Assembly: GCA_963812015.1 (NCBI GenBank)
Contig: CAWETI010000002.1
Location: 928,001-992,000, forward strand
Direction of reading: 5' to 3'
DNA: 64,000 nt
Source of the DNA: an uncultured delta proteobacterium
GTDB taxonomy: Bacteria; Desulfobacterota; Desulfobaccia; Desulfobaccales; 0-14-0-80-60-11
Below are positions 47,390-58,168 of this stretch, in pieces (position 1 is the stretch's first letter; the number at the start of each line of letters is the position of its first letter). The position numbers and the translations under genes are program-made. Under the pieces are notes generated by a model, which saw nothing but the letters and a program-made list of their open reading frames with translations, was not told the origin of the DNA and searched no databases.

Positions 47390-48397
47390 TCACGATCCGG
47401 ATGGGTGAATGATGATGGAGTCCAGCGGCACGTCTTCTGCTTCTGAAGGCTCCTCGGCCGCTTTCCAGGCCACCCGGGGCAGTCTGGATTCTTTCACGAG
47501 CCGCAGCGCGATCTGGTCCAGCCCCATCATGGCTTTGCTTTTCTTCTGGTGCAGGGGGAAGGGCACCATGTGACTGACGGCCGCTTCCACCCCGGAATCA
47601 AAGGGGACGTGCCCCATAATATCTGGCTGGATACTCAAGAAATCCCGGCACACCGAACTGATAATTTCGGGGGATTTCAGGTCGGCATTGCTCTTGACCA
47701 TATTGACCACCAGGAACATATGGAAATCCCACAAAGTCTGAGTCAGGCGGGCGTGTTTTTCCGGGTTGGTATGCTCAAAGTGGCTTAAAAAGTCCTGCAT
47801 CGAGTGGATGCTCTGTCCGCTCCCGGTTTCGCCGCCCTGGTATAAGAGCTGGAGGACTTCATTATCTTTGGCAAAATCCCGGGATAACTTCCGGTACAAG
47901 GCGCTCTTGATGAAGCCATAGGCATTTTGCAGGGAGGTGGCCTGGGAAGTGAATAAGGTAATTTTCCCCCCGGAGTAGTTGAAAAAATCCAACGTATTGA
48001 AGGAGGTGCCGGCCCCCAGGTCCAGGAGCACATACTGGGCCGGCAGCGCTTCGATCTGATTTAACAGCCTGATTTTTTGCGAATAAGTGGGGTTGGCCGC
48101 GCCCAGCAGATCATCCGCGCCGCAGATGAGGCCGATACCTTCAACGGAGGTTTCAATGATGGTATCTTCCAACCGGGTCACTTTCTTGGTCAGAAACTGC
48201 TCCAGGCTGACGTGAGGGTAACGCACTCCCATCAAGGTATGGAGATTGGCCCCGCCCAGATCGCCATCGATCAGGATGACCTTCTTGCCCATACGGGCCA
48301 GGGAGACCCCCAGTCCCAGGGTGATCAGGCTTTTGCCAATGCCCCCTTTACCGCCGCCTATGCTCCACAGCTTGATCCTGCTTAAGTTAGCCGGCAT
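47390..48397 (-). CDS. MinD/FlhG-like P-loop ATPase
   Basis: Deviant Walker A GKGGIGKS, IDGDLGGANL, LDLGAG and VVNM motifs. Confidence 0.85.
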   Translation of the reverse strand: MPANLSRIKLWSIGGGKGGIGKSLITLGLGVSLARMGKKVILIDGDLGGANLHTLMGVRYPHVSLEQFLTKKVTRLEDTIIETSVEGIGLICGADDLLGAANPTYSQKIRLLNQIEALPAQYVLLDLGAGTSFNTLDFFNYSGGKITLFTSQATSLQNAYGFIKSALYRKLSRDFAKDNEVLQLLYQGGETGSGQSIHSMQDFLSHFEHTNPEKHARLTQTLWDFHMFLVVNMVKSNADLKSPEIISSVCRDFLSIQPDIMGHVPFDSGVEAAVSHMVPFPLHQKKSKAMMGLDQIALRLVKESRLPRVAWKAAEEPSEAEDVPLDSIIIHPSGS

Positions 48398-48409
48398 GAT
48401 CTATTCTCC

Positions 48410-49048
48410 CTATACCTGGCGGGGTTTTTCCCCACCCGGTGACTGGGTAACTCGTTTTTGCCTGAATGACTGCACCACCTTTTGGGCGATCCCCAGGCTG
48501 CCCAGCAACCAGAATACCCACCCTAAGGTCTTGAAAGAGGAGGAACCGGTAAACTGGAGAGCCAAGCCTCCCACGAGCAACGCCATCCCGACGATATAGA
48601 AGTGGTGCACCAGGGGCGAATGCGTTGGCATTTCCTTCACCTGGTCATATCTCTCCCAGAGCCCTTTGATGTCTGGGGGGGTGTGTATCATGTGATCACT
48701 TAACCGTTTGAGCGCCTCCCGGGGCGGGTTGATCAGTTGTACTCCCACTTCCACCGGCGACCGGCCATCGCTGCTGGCCTTGGACCAGGAAAATATCGCT
48801 TTGCTCGTAAAAGGGTGCGGTTCTCCAGGGCTTGCCACGTGGAGGAGGCAATCCCGGCCGCGGTAACGGTCCCAGTCGGCTATGCGCACGGTGGCAGTCA
48901 CTGACACGGTAACCCCTCCCTGGGAGGACAGGTTTTTGATCAGCACGGGTATCAGGAGCGGCGTTTCCTCCCCCTGGCGGACAATCTCCAATATTGGGGC
49001 AGGGGGTTGAGAAGTGGCGGCCTCCGGTTTGGGGTGACCTGCATTCAT
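48410..49048 (-). CDS. PilZ-like beta-barrel protein with two C-terminal TM helices
   Basis: IKNLSSQGG resembles the PilZ (D/N)xSxxG motif; FSW...VGVQL strand pattern; SD AAGGAG before ATG 49048. Confidence 0.55.
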   Translation of the reverse strand: MNAGHPKPEAATSQPPAPILEIVRQGEETPLLIPVLIKNLSSQGGVTVSVTATVRIADWDRYRGRDCLLHVASPGEPHPFTSKAIFSWSKASSDGRSPVEVGVQLINPPREALKRLSDHMIHTPPDIKGLWERYDQVKEMPTHSPLVHHFYIVGMALLVGGLALQFTGSSSFKTLGWVFWLLGSLGIAQKVVQSFRQKRVTQSPGGEKPRQV

Positions 49049-49159
49049 ATCTTCTCCTTTATGTCGTCGTGAACCCGGCAAATGAGCGCCGCAGGGGAGG
49101 GGACGGGGCCCTCCAGCTTTTCCACCAATCCTGCGCCCGGCCTAGGGCGCTTCCCCCGC

Positions 49160-50716
49160 TCATGTGTCGTTTCGAGACCGGAAATACCCCCGGGCCATAA
49201 CGCCGGCCCGCTCCAATTTTTCACGGAAGGGCAGTCCACCATATTCGGGGTTGATGCTGATATAGTTCTTAAGACAAAAGATCACCATCTGGACTTTGTC
49301 TTGGTCATTGGCCAGATCGGGGTTCTGGGTCAAGAAATCACCGGCTGCCGCCTGGATTTCCTGGAGTTGCTGTTTTTTATAGGCATTTTGGTTACCTAAG
49401 GCATCCCAGGTGAATTCTATGGTGTTTTCCGGGGGTTTTGAGCCCGGTTCGGCCGGGTTGGCTGACGAGCCGGTGAAATATTGTTCCCATTGGGCCACCA
49501 GGTTGTCTATTTCCCCAGCCTGGTTCTTGGCGCCCGCCAGCATCGCTTCGTAGCGGCAGCTCTCCATGATGACCTTTTCACCCAGGCCGGCCAGTAACTG
49601 GAAGAACTGCCCCGAAACCGATTTATCAAAGCGCGGGGCGGCTGGCCCCTCCTTGTCCTGAAGGCTGGGCTCGGCCGGTCTAACCCCGGAAAACAAATCC
49701 AGGGTATCCGTAATGGGCTTGGTGGCAAGGGGAGCCGAGTCCGGGCCGGCGCCGGGTTTATCAGGCCATGCCGTCTCTGTCAGCCTGGCCGGCAGCCCCG
49801 GAACCGGGGCGGCCCCTGCCGGTTGACGCCGGGCCTGGTCGATTAATTCTTGGAAAAAACCCTCCTTATCCGGGTTGTTGCGAGCCTCCCCATGGGGAGC
49901 GTGCCACAGCAGACCCAGCAGCAAAGTCGGATCTTTGAGTCCCAGCCCCAGGGCCGTAGTCAAAATCCCCTGATAATATCCATCCTGAGAGGTAGGGGGC
50001 ACTAACAAGGCTTTCAACATGGCCTCGTGAGGGGAGATCATCTGGTAAATTTCCGACCAGGACGGCACTTCGGGTTTTGCCATGGCGGCGGGGATATACT
50101 CTTTGAGAAATTGCCAGACCGCTGGTTTGGGTGGCTGAGGCGGCGATTCCCAGGGGGGTTGGAGCCAGCGCCAGGGTTCTCGGGCTTGGGGCTCCAGAGA
50201 GGGCGGCACCAGCACCAGGCCGCCTTCGCCATAAATCAGCACCTGGGGCGCCAGAAAGTAGGAGGGCGGAATTTTCGCCTCGGCAGGCAGGGCATAAAAG
50301 TGCTGCTCCCGGCTTTCGCCCATGGTGGCGACACAGTCGGCCCGCCATTCTCCCCACTGGTCTAAAGACAGGGCCCCTTCGCCTTTGTTCACTTCCAGCA
50401 CCAGCAAATTGGAGGCCTTGCCCGTGCGGATGCCGATATTGATCTGTGATTGGTCCACCCCCAGGTCGGAAAGCTGCTGGGACCACAGGTCCACCGGCTG
50501 GCTGAGGTCCAATGTCAGCGGGGTGCCTTCCGGCGACTTCATGCCCACCAGGACCCAGCCCAACCGTTGGTAATGCGGCGCGTAGGTTACCAAGAGTTCC
50601 TTGAGATCCAGGTTCTCTTTCAGGTTGAGAATCCGGCCGATTTCCTCCCGGCCGATCCTGACGGAAAAATCCTTGGACGCCAAATCTGAGTCCTTCCAAT
50701 CCTGAGATTGAACCAA
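49160..50716 (-). CDS. Prim-Pol (bifunctional primase/polymerase, AEP) domain protein with a degenerate active site
   Basis: YQRLGW, NIGIRTG..SNLLVLEVN, QHFY and GEGGLVLVPPS..W.W. The DxD motif is replaced by ExN. Confidence 0.72.
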   Translation of the reverse strand: MVQSQDWKDSDLASKDFSVRIGREEIGRILNLKENLDLKELLVTYAPHYQRLGWVLVGMKSPEGTPLTLDLSQPVDLWSQQLSDLGVDQSQINIGIRTGKASNLLVLEVNKGEGALSLDQWGEWRADCVATMGESREQHFYALPAEAKIPPSYFLAPQVLIYGEGGLVLVPPSLEPQAREPWRWLQPPWESPPQPPKPAVWQFLKEYIPAAMAKPEVPSWSEIYQMISPHEAMLKALLVPPTSQDGYYQGILTTALGLGLKDPTLLLGLLWHAPHGEARNNPDKEGFFQELIDQARRQPAGAAPVPGLPARLTETAWPDKPGAGPDSAPLATKPITDTLDLFSGVRPAEPSLQDKEGPAAPRFDKSVSGQFFQLLAGLGEKVIMESCRYEAMLAGAKNQAGEIDNLVAQWEQYFTGSSANPAEPGSKPPENTIEFTWDALGNQNAYKKQQLQEIQAAAGDFLTQNPDLANDQDKVQMVIFCLKNYISINPEYGGLPFREKLERAGVMARGYFRSRNDT

Positions 50717-51048
50717 CCATCGCCCGAGCGCAACTCGGCTGGTCTGTTAAGCGAGCGTCGGACCCGCCCAGCAGCCCTGCTCAGGTGCAAAGTCCGCCGA
50801 GCCTGGCCCTGGAAACGAGCTGTCTTAAGGTTTTGAAGACATTTTTACTGGAGAGGGGATGTTTCAGCAATCGGGGCAACCCTGATAATGGGGTTCTTTT
50901 TCCCCCAATTTCCAGGTAAGGGTTATGCCATAAAATGGGGGCCTAGCCTAAAAAACCGGTTGAAAAAGTCATGGTGGGGATAAACTTCGGGGTGGTGGGC
51001 GCTCCCGGAAGAGCAGATCAACGAGGCTGCGCCAGGTGCACAACGCCA

Positions 51049-51693
51049 CTAAGGTTGTCGGTCCAAATGGTATAAAATAATGGTGATAACAACCGTTCCG
51101 ATCAACATCCAGATTGGTCCAAACAACCACAGAAACAACAGAACACTAAAGTAATAGCCGCGCATCCCCATAGTGTAATGCATCATGCCGCGGTTGAGGA
51201 TATTAGTGATATATTCCGGAGTTATTTTGTGAGCCAAATTAGATGGGACGTTGATCATAAAATTAACGTGGTTTAGATAGCGGATGGCCAGGCAGAAGCT
51301 AAAGAAGATGAAAAAGAAATCGACAATCAGCACCATCAATTTGAATAACCATAAGGCCCGGTGTTCCCTTACCAACTCATTAAGACTAGGGGTGATTTCC
51401 GCCATTTTTTGCGGGCTAACGGCCACGCTGAGCAGCCCCAGACAGATCAGGATGCCCGTGGAAGCCAGGAAACTGGCGGCCATCGTCCAGTTGCGCAGGG
51501 TCTGGACGGCCAGGATATCCCGACGTTCCGCCATGATGGATTCCACCCAGTGAGCCCGTAAGTGATTGGTTATGCCCGTCGCAGTGGCCATGGGTTTCCG
51601 GTATACCAGGTAGAGCCAATGGATATGGTAAGCCACCAGGATGAGAAACGAGGCGCAGGTGTAACAAATTTCCCAATGAGTCGATTCATACAT
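51049..51693 (-). CDS. DUF599 family membrane protein
   Basis: ILAVQTLRN..MAASFLAST, GMRGYYF and WLFGP. Start set at MYEST. Confidence 0.85.
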   Translation of the reverse strand: MYESTHWEICYTCASFLILVAYHIHWLYLVYRKPMATATGITNHLRAHWVESIMAERRDILAVQTLRNWTMAASFLASTGILICLGLLSVAVSPQKMAEITPSLNELVREHRALWLFKLMVLIVDFFFIFFSFCLAIRYLNHVNFMINVPSNLAHKITPEYITNILNRGMMHYTMGMRGYYFSVLLFLWLFGPIWMLIGTVVITIILYHLDRQP

Positions 51694-52073
51694 GGTTGAT
51701 CTTCCCTTGAGGCCCGTACCGGGGGAAGTCTGAATACCGGGGGTTTCCCCTAAGTCCTCCCCCGACCGTATGCCTAACTGCCTAAGAAAAATAAGAAACT
51801 GCCGGTGGTTCCCGGGCCGCGCCTGGGGGGAGGTCTTCTCCGGGACAGGGGGCGAGCCCATGGCCGACCTCCGGGTGGTTCTCCCGTCGCAACCGCATTT
51901 CGCCTGCCGTCCGGGGTTACGGATAAACGCCGGGGTGATTGCAATCTCTTTAATTATTAAGTATATAATGAGCAACTGTTGTTTTGCAAGCGGCGGCCCG
52001 GTCACCAACAACAGTTCTCAGCAACACTTAGCGAAGACAACCATCCTGTGAAGCAACGTGAGGAGCGCTCTCC

Positions 52074-53771
52074 ATGGCCACCCCCGATTCTCCGCCTACA
52101 ACTAACTTTATTCGCCATATTATTGATGAAGATTTGACAGCCCATAAGAATGATGGCCGGGTGATTACCCGCTTTCCCCCGGAGCCCAACGGTTACCTCC
52201 ATATCGGCCACGCCAAATCCATCTGCCTCAATTTCGGCCTGGCCGCCGATTATCACGGCGTCTGCAACCTCCGCTTCGATGACACCAATCCCAGCAAGGA
52301 GGAGGTGGAGTATGTGGAATCCATCCTGGCCGACGTCCGGTGGGTGGGGTTCGACTGGGGGGACCGGCTGTTCTTCGCCTCGGATTACTTTGAGCAGTTG
52401 TACCAATATGCCGTGCATCTGATCAAGACGGGCAAGGCCTATGTGTGCGACTTGAGCGCCGAGGAGATCCGGCAGCATCGGGGCACCCTGACGGCTCCAG
52501 GCATCGACAGCCCCTTCCGCCAGCGCCCCGTGGCGGAGAACCTGGACCTATTCCAGCGGATGCGGGCCGGCGAGTTTGCCGACGGCTCCCGGACCCTCCG
52601 GGCCAAGATTGACATGGCCTCGCCCAACCTCAACCTGCGGGACCCGGTCCTCTATCGCATCAAGCATGAGAGCCATCACCGCACCGGCGACGCCTGGTGT
52701 ATCTATCCCATGTATGATTACGCCCATCCCCTGTCCGATGCCCTGGAGGGGATCACCCACTCCATCTGCACCATGGAGTATGAGGACCACCGGGTGTTGT
52801 ACGACTGGGCCCTGGACTACTGCCCCGTCCCCTGCCATCCCCAGCAGATCGAGTTCGCCCGCCTCAATCTCAGCTATACCGTCATGAGCAAGCGCAAGCT
52901 CCTGCAACTGGTGAATGAGGGCCACGTGGCCGGTTGGGATGATCCCCGCATGCCCACCCTGGCGGGCCTGCGGCGCCGGGGCTACACTCCGGAGGCCATC
53001 CGCACCTTTTGCGAGCGCATCGGGGTGGGGAAACGGGATAACCTGGTGGACTTGGCCTTGCTGGAATTCTGCCTCAGGGAAGATTTGAACTACCGGGCGC
53101 CCCGGGTGATGGGGGTGTTGCGGCCCCTCAAGGTGGTCCTGGTCAACTACCCGGAAGGCCAGGTGGAGGAACTGGAGGCCGTGAACAATCCCGAGGACGC
53201 CAGTCAAGGGACCCGGCAGGTGCCGTTCTCCCGGGAATTGTACCTTGAACAAGAAGACTTCATGGAGGACCCGCCTAAAAAGTTCTACCGCCTGGCCCCC
53301 GGGCGGGAGGTGCGGCTGCGCTACGCCTACTTCATCAAGTGCGAAGAGGTGGTCAAGGACCCCGTCACCGGCGAAGTGGTGGAGTTGCGCTGCACCTATG
53401 ACCCCACCACCCGGGGGGGGTACGCCCCGGACGGCCGCCAGGTCAAGGCCACCCTTCACTGGGTGTCGGCGGCCCAGGCGCTGCCCGCCGAGGTGCGCCT
53501 CTATGACCGCCTCTTCACCAAACCCGTCCCCGGTGAGGATCACGGCGGCGATTTTAAGGCCGATCTCAACCCCGCCTCGTTGGCGGTCCTGACCTCCTGC
53601 CGCCTGGAGCCGAGCCTGGCACAGGCCGCGCCCGGGAGCATCTACCAATTTGAGCGCCAGGGCTACTTCTGCGTGGACGTGAAGGAGAGCGCCCCCGGGG
53701 CCCCGGTCTTCAACCGGACGGTGACCCTGAGGGACGCCTGGGCCAAGCTCCAGCAGGCCCAGAAAACCTAG
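52074..53771 (+). CDS. glnS: Glutamine--tRNA ligase
   Basis: [28 protein letters not shown] and QFERQGYF motifs. Confidence 0.96.
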   Translation: MATPDSPPTTNFIRHIIDEDLTAHKNDGRVITRFPPEPNGYLHIGHAKSICLNFGLAADYHGVCNLRFDDTNPSKEEVEYVESILADVRWVGFDWGDRLFFASDYFEQLYQYAVHLIKTGKAYVCDLSAEEIRQHRGTLTAPGIDSPFRQRPVAENLDLFQRMRAGEFADGSRTLRAKIDMASPNLNLRDPVLYRIKHESHHRTGDAWCIYPMYDYAHPLSDALEGITHSICTMEYEDHRVLYDWALDYCPVPCHPQQIEFARLNLSYTVMSKRKLLQLVNEGHVAGWDDPRMPTLAGLRRRGYTPEAIRTFCERIGVGKRDNLVDLALLEFCLREDLNYRAPRVMGVLRPLKVVLVNYPEGQVEELEAVNNPEDASQGTRQVPFSRELYLEQEDFMEDPPKKFYRLAPGREVRLRYAYFIKCEEVVKDPVTGEVVELRCTYDPTTRGGYAPDGRQVKATLHWVSAAQALPAEVRLYDRLFTKPVPGEDHGGDFKADLNPASLAVLTSCRLEPSLAQAAPGSIYQFERQGYFCVDVKESAPGAPVFNRTVTLRDAWAKLQQAQKT

Positions 53772-54059
53772 GGGAGCTGGCGACGGGGAGGAAAGACCTC
53801 CTCGGAACCCGGGACCGGTTGCCTCCCATCTTAACCCCAGCGCCGTCGTCTCGTTTTATCCCTGGTTGCGGTCAGTCGCCGTGAAGTTGTGGCCGGAGGG
53901 GCTCGGCCCGGAAAAAGCCTTAAATTTCTCATCCATGGCTAAGGCTTTTTGTGGTATGATGCGCCACTTGACCCGGGAGACGGGTCTTGATTCTCCACAA
54001 CTGCCTCGCCGGGGTCTGGGTAAGAGTGCCCCAGGCGTTGGGGTTGAGGCACCAGTGAG

Positions 54060-57000
54060 ATGACAAGGAAGTTAGGCGATCAGCCCCTGGATCTCCTGGA
54101 GCAGCGGTTTCAGGCGCTCCGGGACCAGGCCGGCGGCTTGTCCGGGAATTGCCGGCCAGAGTTGGAAACCGCTCTCCTGGAGGTTTCCCAGGCCATCGCT
54201 GCGGTCCGGGAGGCCAGGCAGGCAGAGACCGGTCCCCAGCAGGACCCCCCTGACGCCCCGGAGCCCCCCGCCAGCCCGGCGTCTAGAGACCTGACCGTAC
54301 TGATCCCCCCGGAGTCCCCGGACCGGATGCCTCCAGGTTACCAGCCGGAAGACACCTCCTACTGCTGCGACACCATTCTGCGCCACGTCTTCAGCGCCAT
54401 TCCCGATCTGCTCACCGTCATCGACCGGGACTTCAACATCATCATGACCAACTGGCATGATTCCGGCGTGGTCCCGGAAGAGGCCCGGCGCGGCCGGCCC
54501 AAGTGCTACCGGGTTTATCATCACCGGGACCGCCCCTGCCAGAACTGCCATGTCCAAAAGGTCTTCGCCACCGGTCAACCTCAGAAGGCAGAAAAGATCA
54601 ATGTCCTTGACGGGCGGACCCGGGAATTCAGCGCTTTTCCTGTCCTGAGTGAATCCGGGCAGGTTATCCTGGGGGCGGAGCACGTGCGGGATGTCACCGA
54701 GCCCCGGCTGGCCGAGGAGGCCCTGAAGGAGAGTGAAGCAACCCTGCGGACTCTCATCGCGGCCAACCCGGAGTCTTTGATCCTGATGGATACCCGGGGT
54801 ATGGTCCTGGCGGCCAGCAAAGTGGCGGCCCAGAGGTTCGAGACCAGCCTGGAAGAGATCATCGGGGCCGATGCGTTTGCCCTGGTCCCCACCGAGGTAG
54901 GCCGGAAACGTTCCGAAATTTTTCAGCAGGTGGTCGCCAGCGGCGCCCCGGCGCGTTTTGAAGACGTCAGAGGAGATTTTTATCTGGATATCTCCATGAC
55001 CCCCATTTTTGACCAGGACAAGGTGGTCCAGGTCGCGGTTTTGGCAGTAGACATCACCGCCAGGAAACAAGGGGAAAAGGCCCTCAGGGAGAGCGAAGAG
55101 CGCTTCAAATTTCTCTTTGAATATGCCCCGGATGCTTATTTTCTCATGGATTTACAGGGTAATTTCCTGGATGCCAACCGGGCGGCGGAGAGATTGTCCG
55201 GCTATCGCCAGGAAGAATTGATCGGTCAGAATTTTCAGACCTTGCCATTGCTGGATGACCGGCAAAAAACCCTAGTTACCGAACTGCTTGCTTTATCTGT
55301 ATATGGAGAGGTCGTGGGGCCGGTGGACCTTACCCTCAGCCGCAAAGATGGGCGAGAGGTCATCATTGAGGTCAAGGGCCTGCCGTTGGAAATGAAGAGA
55401 CAGAGCCTGGTGCTGGCCGTCGCCCGGGACATTACGGACCGCAAGCAGGCGGAGGAGGCCCTGCGGGAGAGTGAAGAGCGCTATCGCACCCTGTTCGAAA
55501 CCTCGCCCGACGCCCTCATCGTGATGGATCTGGACATGAACATCATCATGGGGAACCAGCGAGCGTTGGAGATGGTCGGGCATGACAGTCTGGAACAGTT
55601 CATGTCCAGGAAAGGCATCAACGACATGGCGTCGGAGGATCGGCCCCGGGTCGCGGCGGCCATCAAGGCATTGCTGGCAACCGGGCGGACGCAAACTTTT
55701 GAGACCACCATGGTAAAGCAAGACGGCGCGCGATTCCCCAGCCTCAACAGCGCCGCCTTGATCCGGGACGCCGCGGGCCGGCCCCGGGCCATCATCGGGA
55801 CTGCCCGGGACATTACTGCACTCAAGCAGGCGGAAGCGGCATTACGGGAAAGCGAGCAAAGGTTCCGGGATATCACCGAGCACGCCGCGGAGTGGGTTTG
55901 GGAGACGGACGCCCAGGGAACTTACACTTATTCCAGCCCGGTGGTGGAGCAATTGTTGGGCTATAAACCTGAGGAAGTCCTGGGCAAATATTTTTATGAT
56001 TTTTTTCTCCCGGGCCAGCGGGAAAAACTGAAGAACGCCGCGCTGACGGTATTCGCGGCCAAACAGCCGTTCGGAGAATTTCTCAGCCCCAACCTGCATA
56101 AAAACGGCCGAATCGTCTGGCTGTCCACCAGCGGCATTCCCATCCTGGATGACCGAGGGGACCTCCTGGGATACCGGGGCGCGAAAATAGATATTACCGA
56201 GCGGAGGGAGGCAGAAGCATTATCCCGTAACCTGATTGCAAATTCGCCGGTGGGTATTTATCTGATTCAGAATAGAAAATTTCAACTGGTGAACCAATGG
56301 TTTTTTACCATTACCGGCTATGGCGAAGGTGAATTTTTAAGCCTGAGGCCCCTTGACTTAGTACATCCGGAGGACCGGGAGGCAACCAAAGAGAATGCCG
56401 TGAAGATGTTGAAAGGGTTGAGCTCCGTCCCTTATGAATACCGGACTATTACTAAGGGTGGGGAGATTAAGTGGATTATGGAAACGCTTGCCGCCATCCG
56501 ATACAAGGGGAAAGGGGCGGTCTTGGGATATTTCATGGACATCACGGAGCGCAAGGCCCTGGAACAGCAGCTCATCCAGGCCCAGAAGATGGAAGCGGTG
56601 GGCCGACTGGCCGGCGGGGTGGCTCACGACTTCAACAATCTCCTGATGGCCATCATGGGATACGGCGAACTCATGCGGTCTAAGGTCCTCAAAGGCGACC
56701 CGCTTTACGACCACCTGGAAAATATTTTAAAGGCCGGCGACCGGGCCGCAGCGCTGACCCAGCAGTTGCTGACCTTCAGCCGCCGGCAGATCGTGAGCCC
56801 CCAGGTGGTTGATCTCAACCGGGTGGTCCTGGATCTGGAGCCGATGTTGCGGCGGCTCATCGGCGAAGACCTCGATCTGGAAATCACTACTGACCCGGGG
56901 CCGGTGGCGGTGAAGGCGGACCCCGGCCAACTGGGCCAGATCATCATGAACCTGGTGGTGAACGCCCGGGATGCCATGCCCCGGGGGGGCCGGCTCACCC

Positions 57001-57719
57001 TGAAAGCCGCGTCGGTTGAGTTTAAGCAGGCCCGTCACACCAGATTCGGCCAGGTGCCGCCGGGAAGTTATGTGCGGCTGGTGGTGCGGGACACCGGGGT
57101 CGGCATGGATGAGGCCACCCAGGCCCATGTCTTCGAGCCGTTCTTTACGACCAAGGAACCGGACAAGGGCACCGGCCTGGGACTGTCCACCGTCTACGGC
57201 ATTGTCAAGCAGAGCGGCGGGTACCTCGATCTGGCCAGCGAGCCCGGGGCTGGCAGCACCTTCACCATCTGGTTGTCGCGCCTTGAGACCTTGGTTGAGC
57301 CACCCAAGACGAGGATTCCCCTCACCGCGAGCTATCGGGGGAAGGAGACGATTTTGCTGGTGGAGGACGAGGACGTGCTCCGGGGCCTGCTGGCCAAGTT
57401 CTTGCGGCTCTATGGCTACACGGTGCTGGAGGCCCGCCATGGCGGCGAGGCCCTGCTGATCTGTGAGCGGCGTCAGGAGCCGATCCACCTGATGGTGACC
57501 GATGTGGTGATGCCCCAAATGAGTGGCCGGGAACTGGCCGACCGCCTCACCCCCCTGCGCCCGGACATGAAAGTCCTCTATATGTCGGGCTATACCGAAG
57601 ACGCCGTGGTCCAACACGGCGTGGAGGATCTATCGGTGGCTTTCCTCCAGAAGCCTTTTAAACCCATAGATCTGGCCCGCAAGGTGTACGCCATCCTCCA
57701 TGCTCCGGTACGCCGCTAG
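54060..57719 (+). CDS. Multi-PAS hybrid sensor histidine kinase with receiver domain
   Basis: About six PAS/PAC domains, AHDFNN H box, NARDAM, DTGVG, GTGLGL, C-terminal REC domain (VEDE, TDVVMP, KPF). Confidence 0.93.
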   Translation: MTRKLGDQPLDLLEQRFQALRDQAGGLSGNCRPELETALLEVSQAIAAVREARQAETGPQQDPPDAPEPPASPASRDLTVLIPPESPDRMPPGYQPEDTSYCCDTILRHVFSAIPDLLTVIDRDFNIIMTNWHDSGVVPEEARRGRPKCYRVYHHRDRPCQNCHVQKVFATGQPQKAEKINVLDGRTREFSAFPVLSESGQVILGAEHVRDVTEPRLAEEALKESEATLRTLIAANPESLILMDTRGMVLAASKVAAQRFETSLEEIIGADAFALVPTEVGRKRSEIFQQVVASGAPARFEDVRGDFYLDISMTPIFDQDKVVQVAVLAVDITARKQGEKALRESEERFKFLFEYAPDAYFLMDLQGNFLDANRAAERLSGYRQEELIGQNFQTLPLLDDRQKTLVTELLALSVYGEVVGPVDLTLSRKDGREVIIEVKGLPLEMKRQSLVLAVARDITDRKQAEEALRESEERYRTLFETSPDALIVMDLDMNIIMGNQRALEMVGHDSLEQFMSRKGINDMASEDRPRVAAAIKALLATGRTQTFETTMVKQDGARFPSLNSAALIRDAAGRPRAIIGTARDITALKQAEAALRESEQRFRDITEHAAEWVWETDAQGTYTYSSPVVEQLLGYKPEEVLGKYFYDFFLPGQREKLKNAALTVFAAKQPFGEFLSPNLHKNGRIVWLSTSGIPILDDRGDLLGYRGAKIDITERREAEALSRNLIANSPVGIYLIQNRKFQLVNQWFFTITGYGEGEFLSLRPLDLVHPEDREATKENAVKMLKGLSSVPYEYRTITKGGEIKWIMETLAAIRYKGKGAVLGYFMDITERKALEQQLIQAQKMEAVGRLAGGVAHDFNNLLMAIMGYGELMRSKVLKGDPLYDHLENILKAGDRAAALTQQLLTFSRRQIVSPQVVDLNRVVLDLEPMLRRLIGEDLDLEITTDPGPVAVKADPGQLGQIIMNLVVNARDAMPRGGRLTLKAASVEFKQARHTRFGQVPPGSYVRLVVRDTGVGMDEATQAHVFEPFFTTKEPDKGTGLGLSTVYGIVKQSGGYLDLASEPGAGSTFTIWLSRLETLVEPPKTRIPLTASYRGKETILLVEDEDVLRGLLAKFLRLYGYTVLEARHGGEALLICERRQEPIHLMVTDVVMPQMSGRELADRLTPLRPDMKVLYMSGYTEDAVVQHGVEDLSVAFLQKPFKPIDLARKVYAILHAPVRR

Positions 57720-58168
57720 CGGTTCCCGGCGGCCAGTCAAAGATATCCTTCCCGGGCCCCCCGACGTGCTCCTCCGATGGGCCGGCTTGGCCCCGGGCTC
57801 GAGGTCGTGGCATTTTTCCGCGGCCAGGGTTTCTTCCGTTCCGGTGGTCTGATAGGATAACATGGGTGCGGCGGGGTTTCCTCCGCCCCGGCGTCCCATG
57901 ATGGTTAGAGCGATTTCCCAAGGTTTTTCCCGATGGATTTGATTATTTTTATTGGAGGGGCACGGCCCGCCGTGTCACCACAAAAAGAAATTGTTTTTAG
58001 CAACCGCTGACTTAAGAATCTGATGCTGACGGACCCAGGCAAGGTTTTTTATTGACATGAGGACCAGATAACCTCTCAATTGAAATAACGGCCCGGCACA
58101 TGAGGTCCGGCGAACCGGCAGAAAAGACGGGAACGGTTGGGGATCAACCTGGGGGGTAATGAGTAGTC

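Noticed and set aside
50914..50930. Sigma-54 promoter for the Prim-Pol cluster (TGGCATAACCCTTAC)
   Set aside because: The -12 dinucleotide is AC rather than GC.
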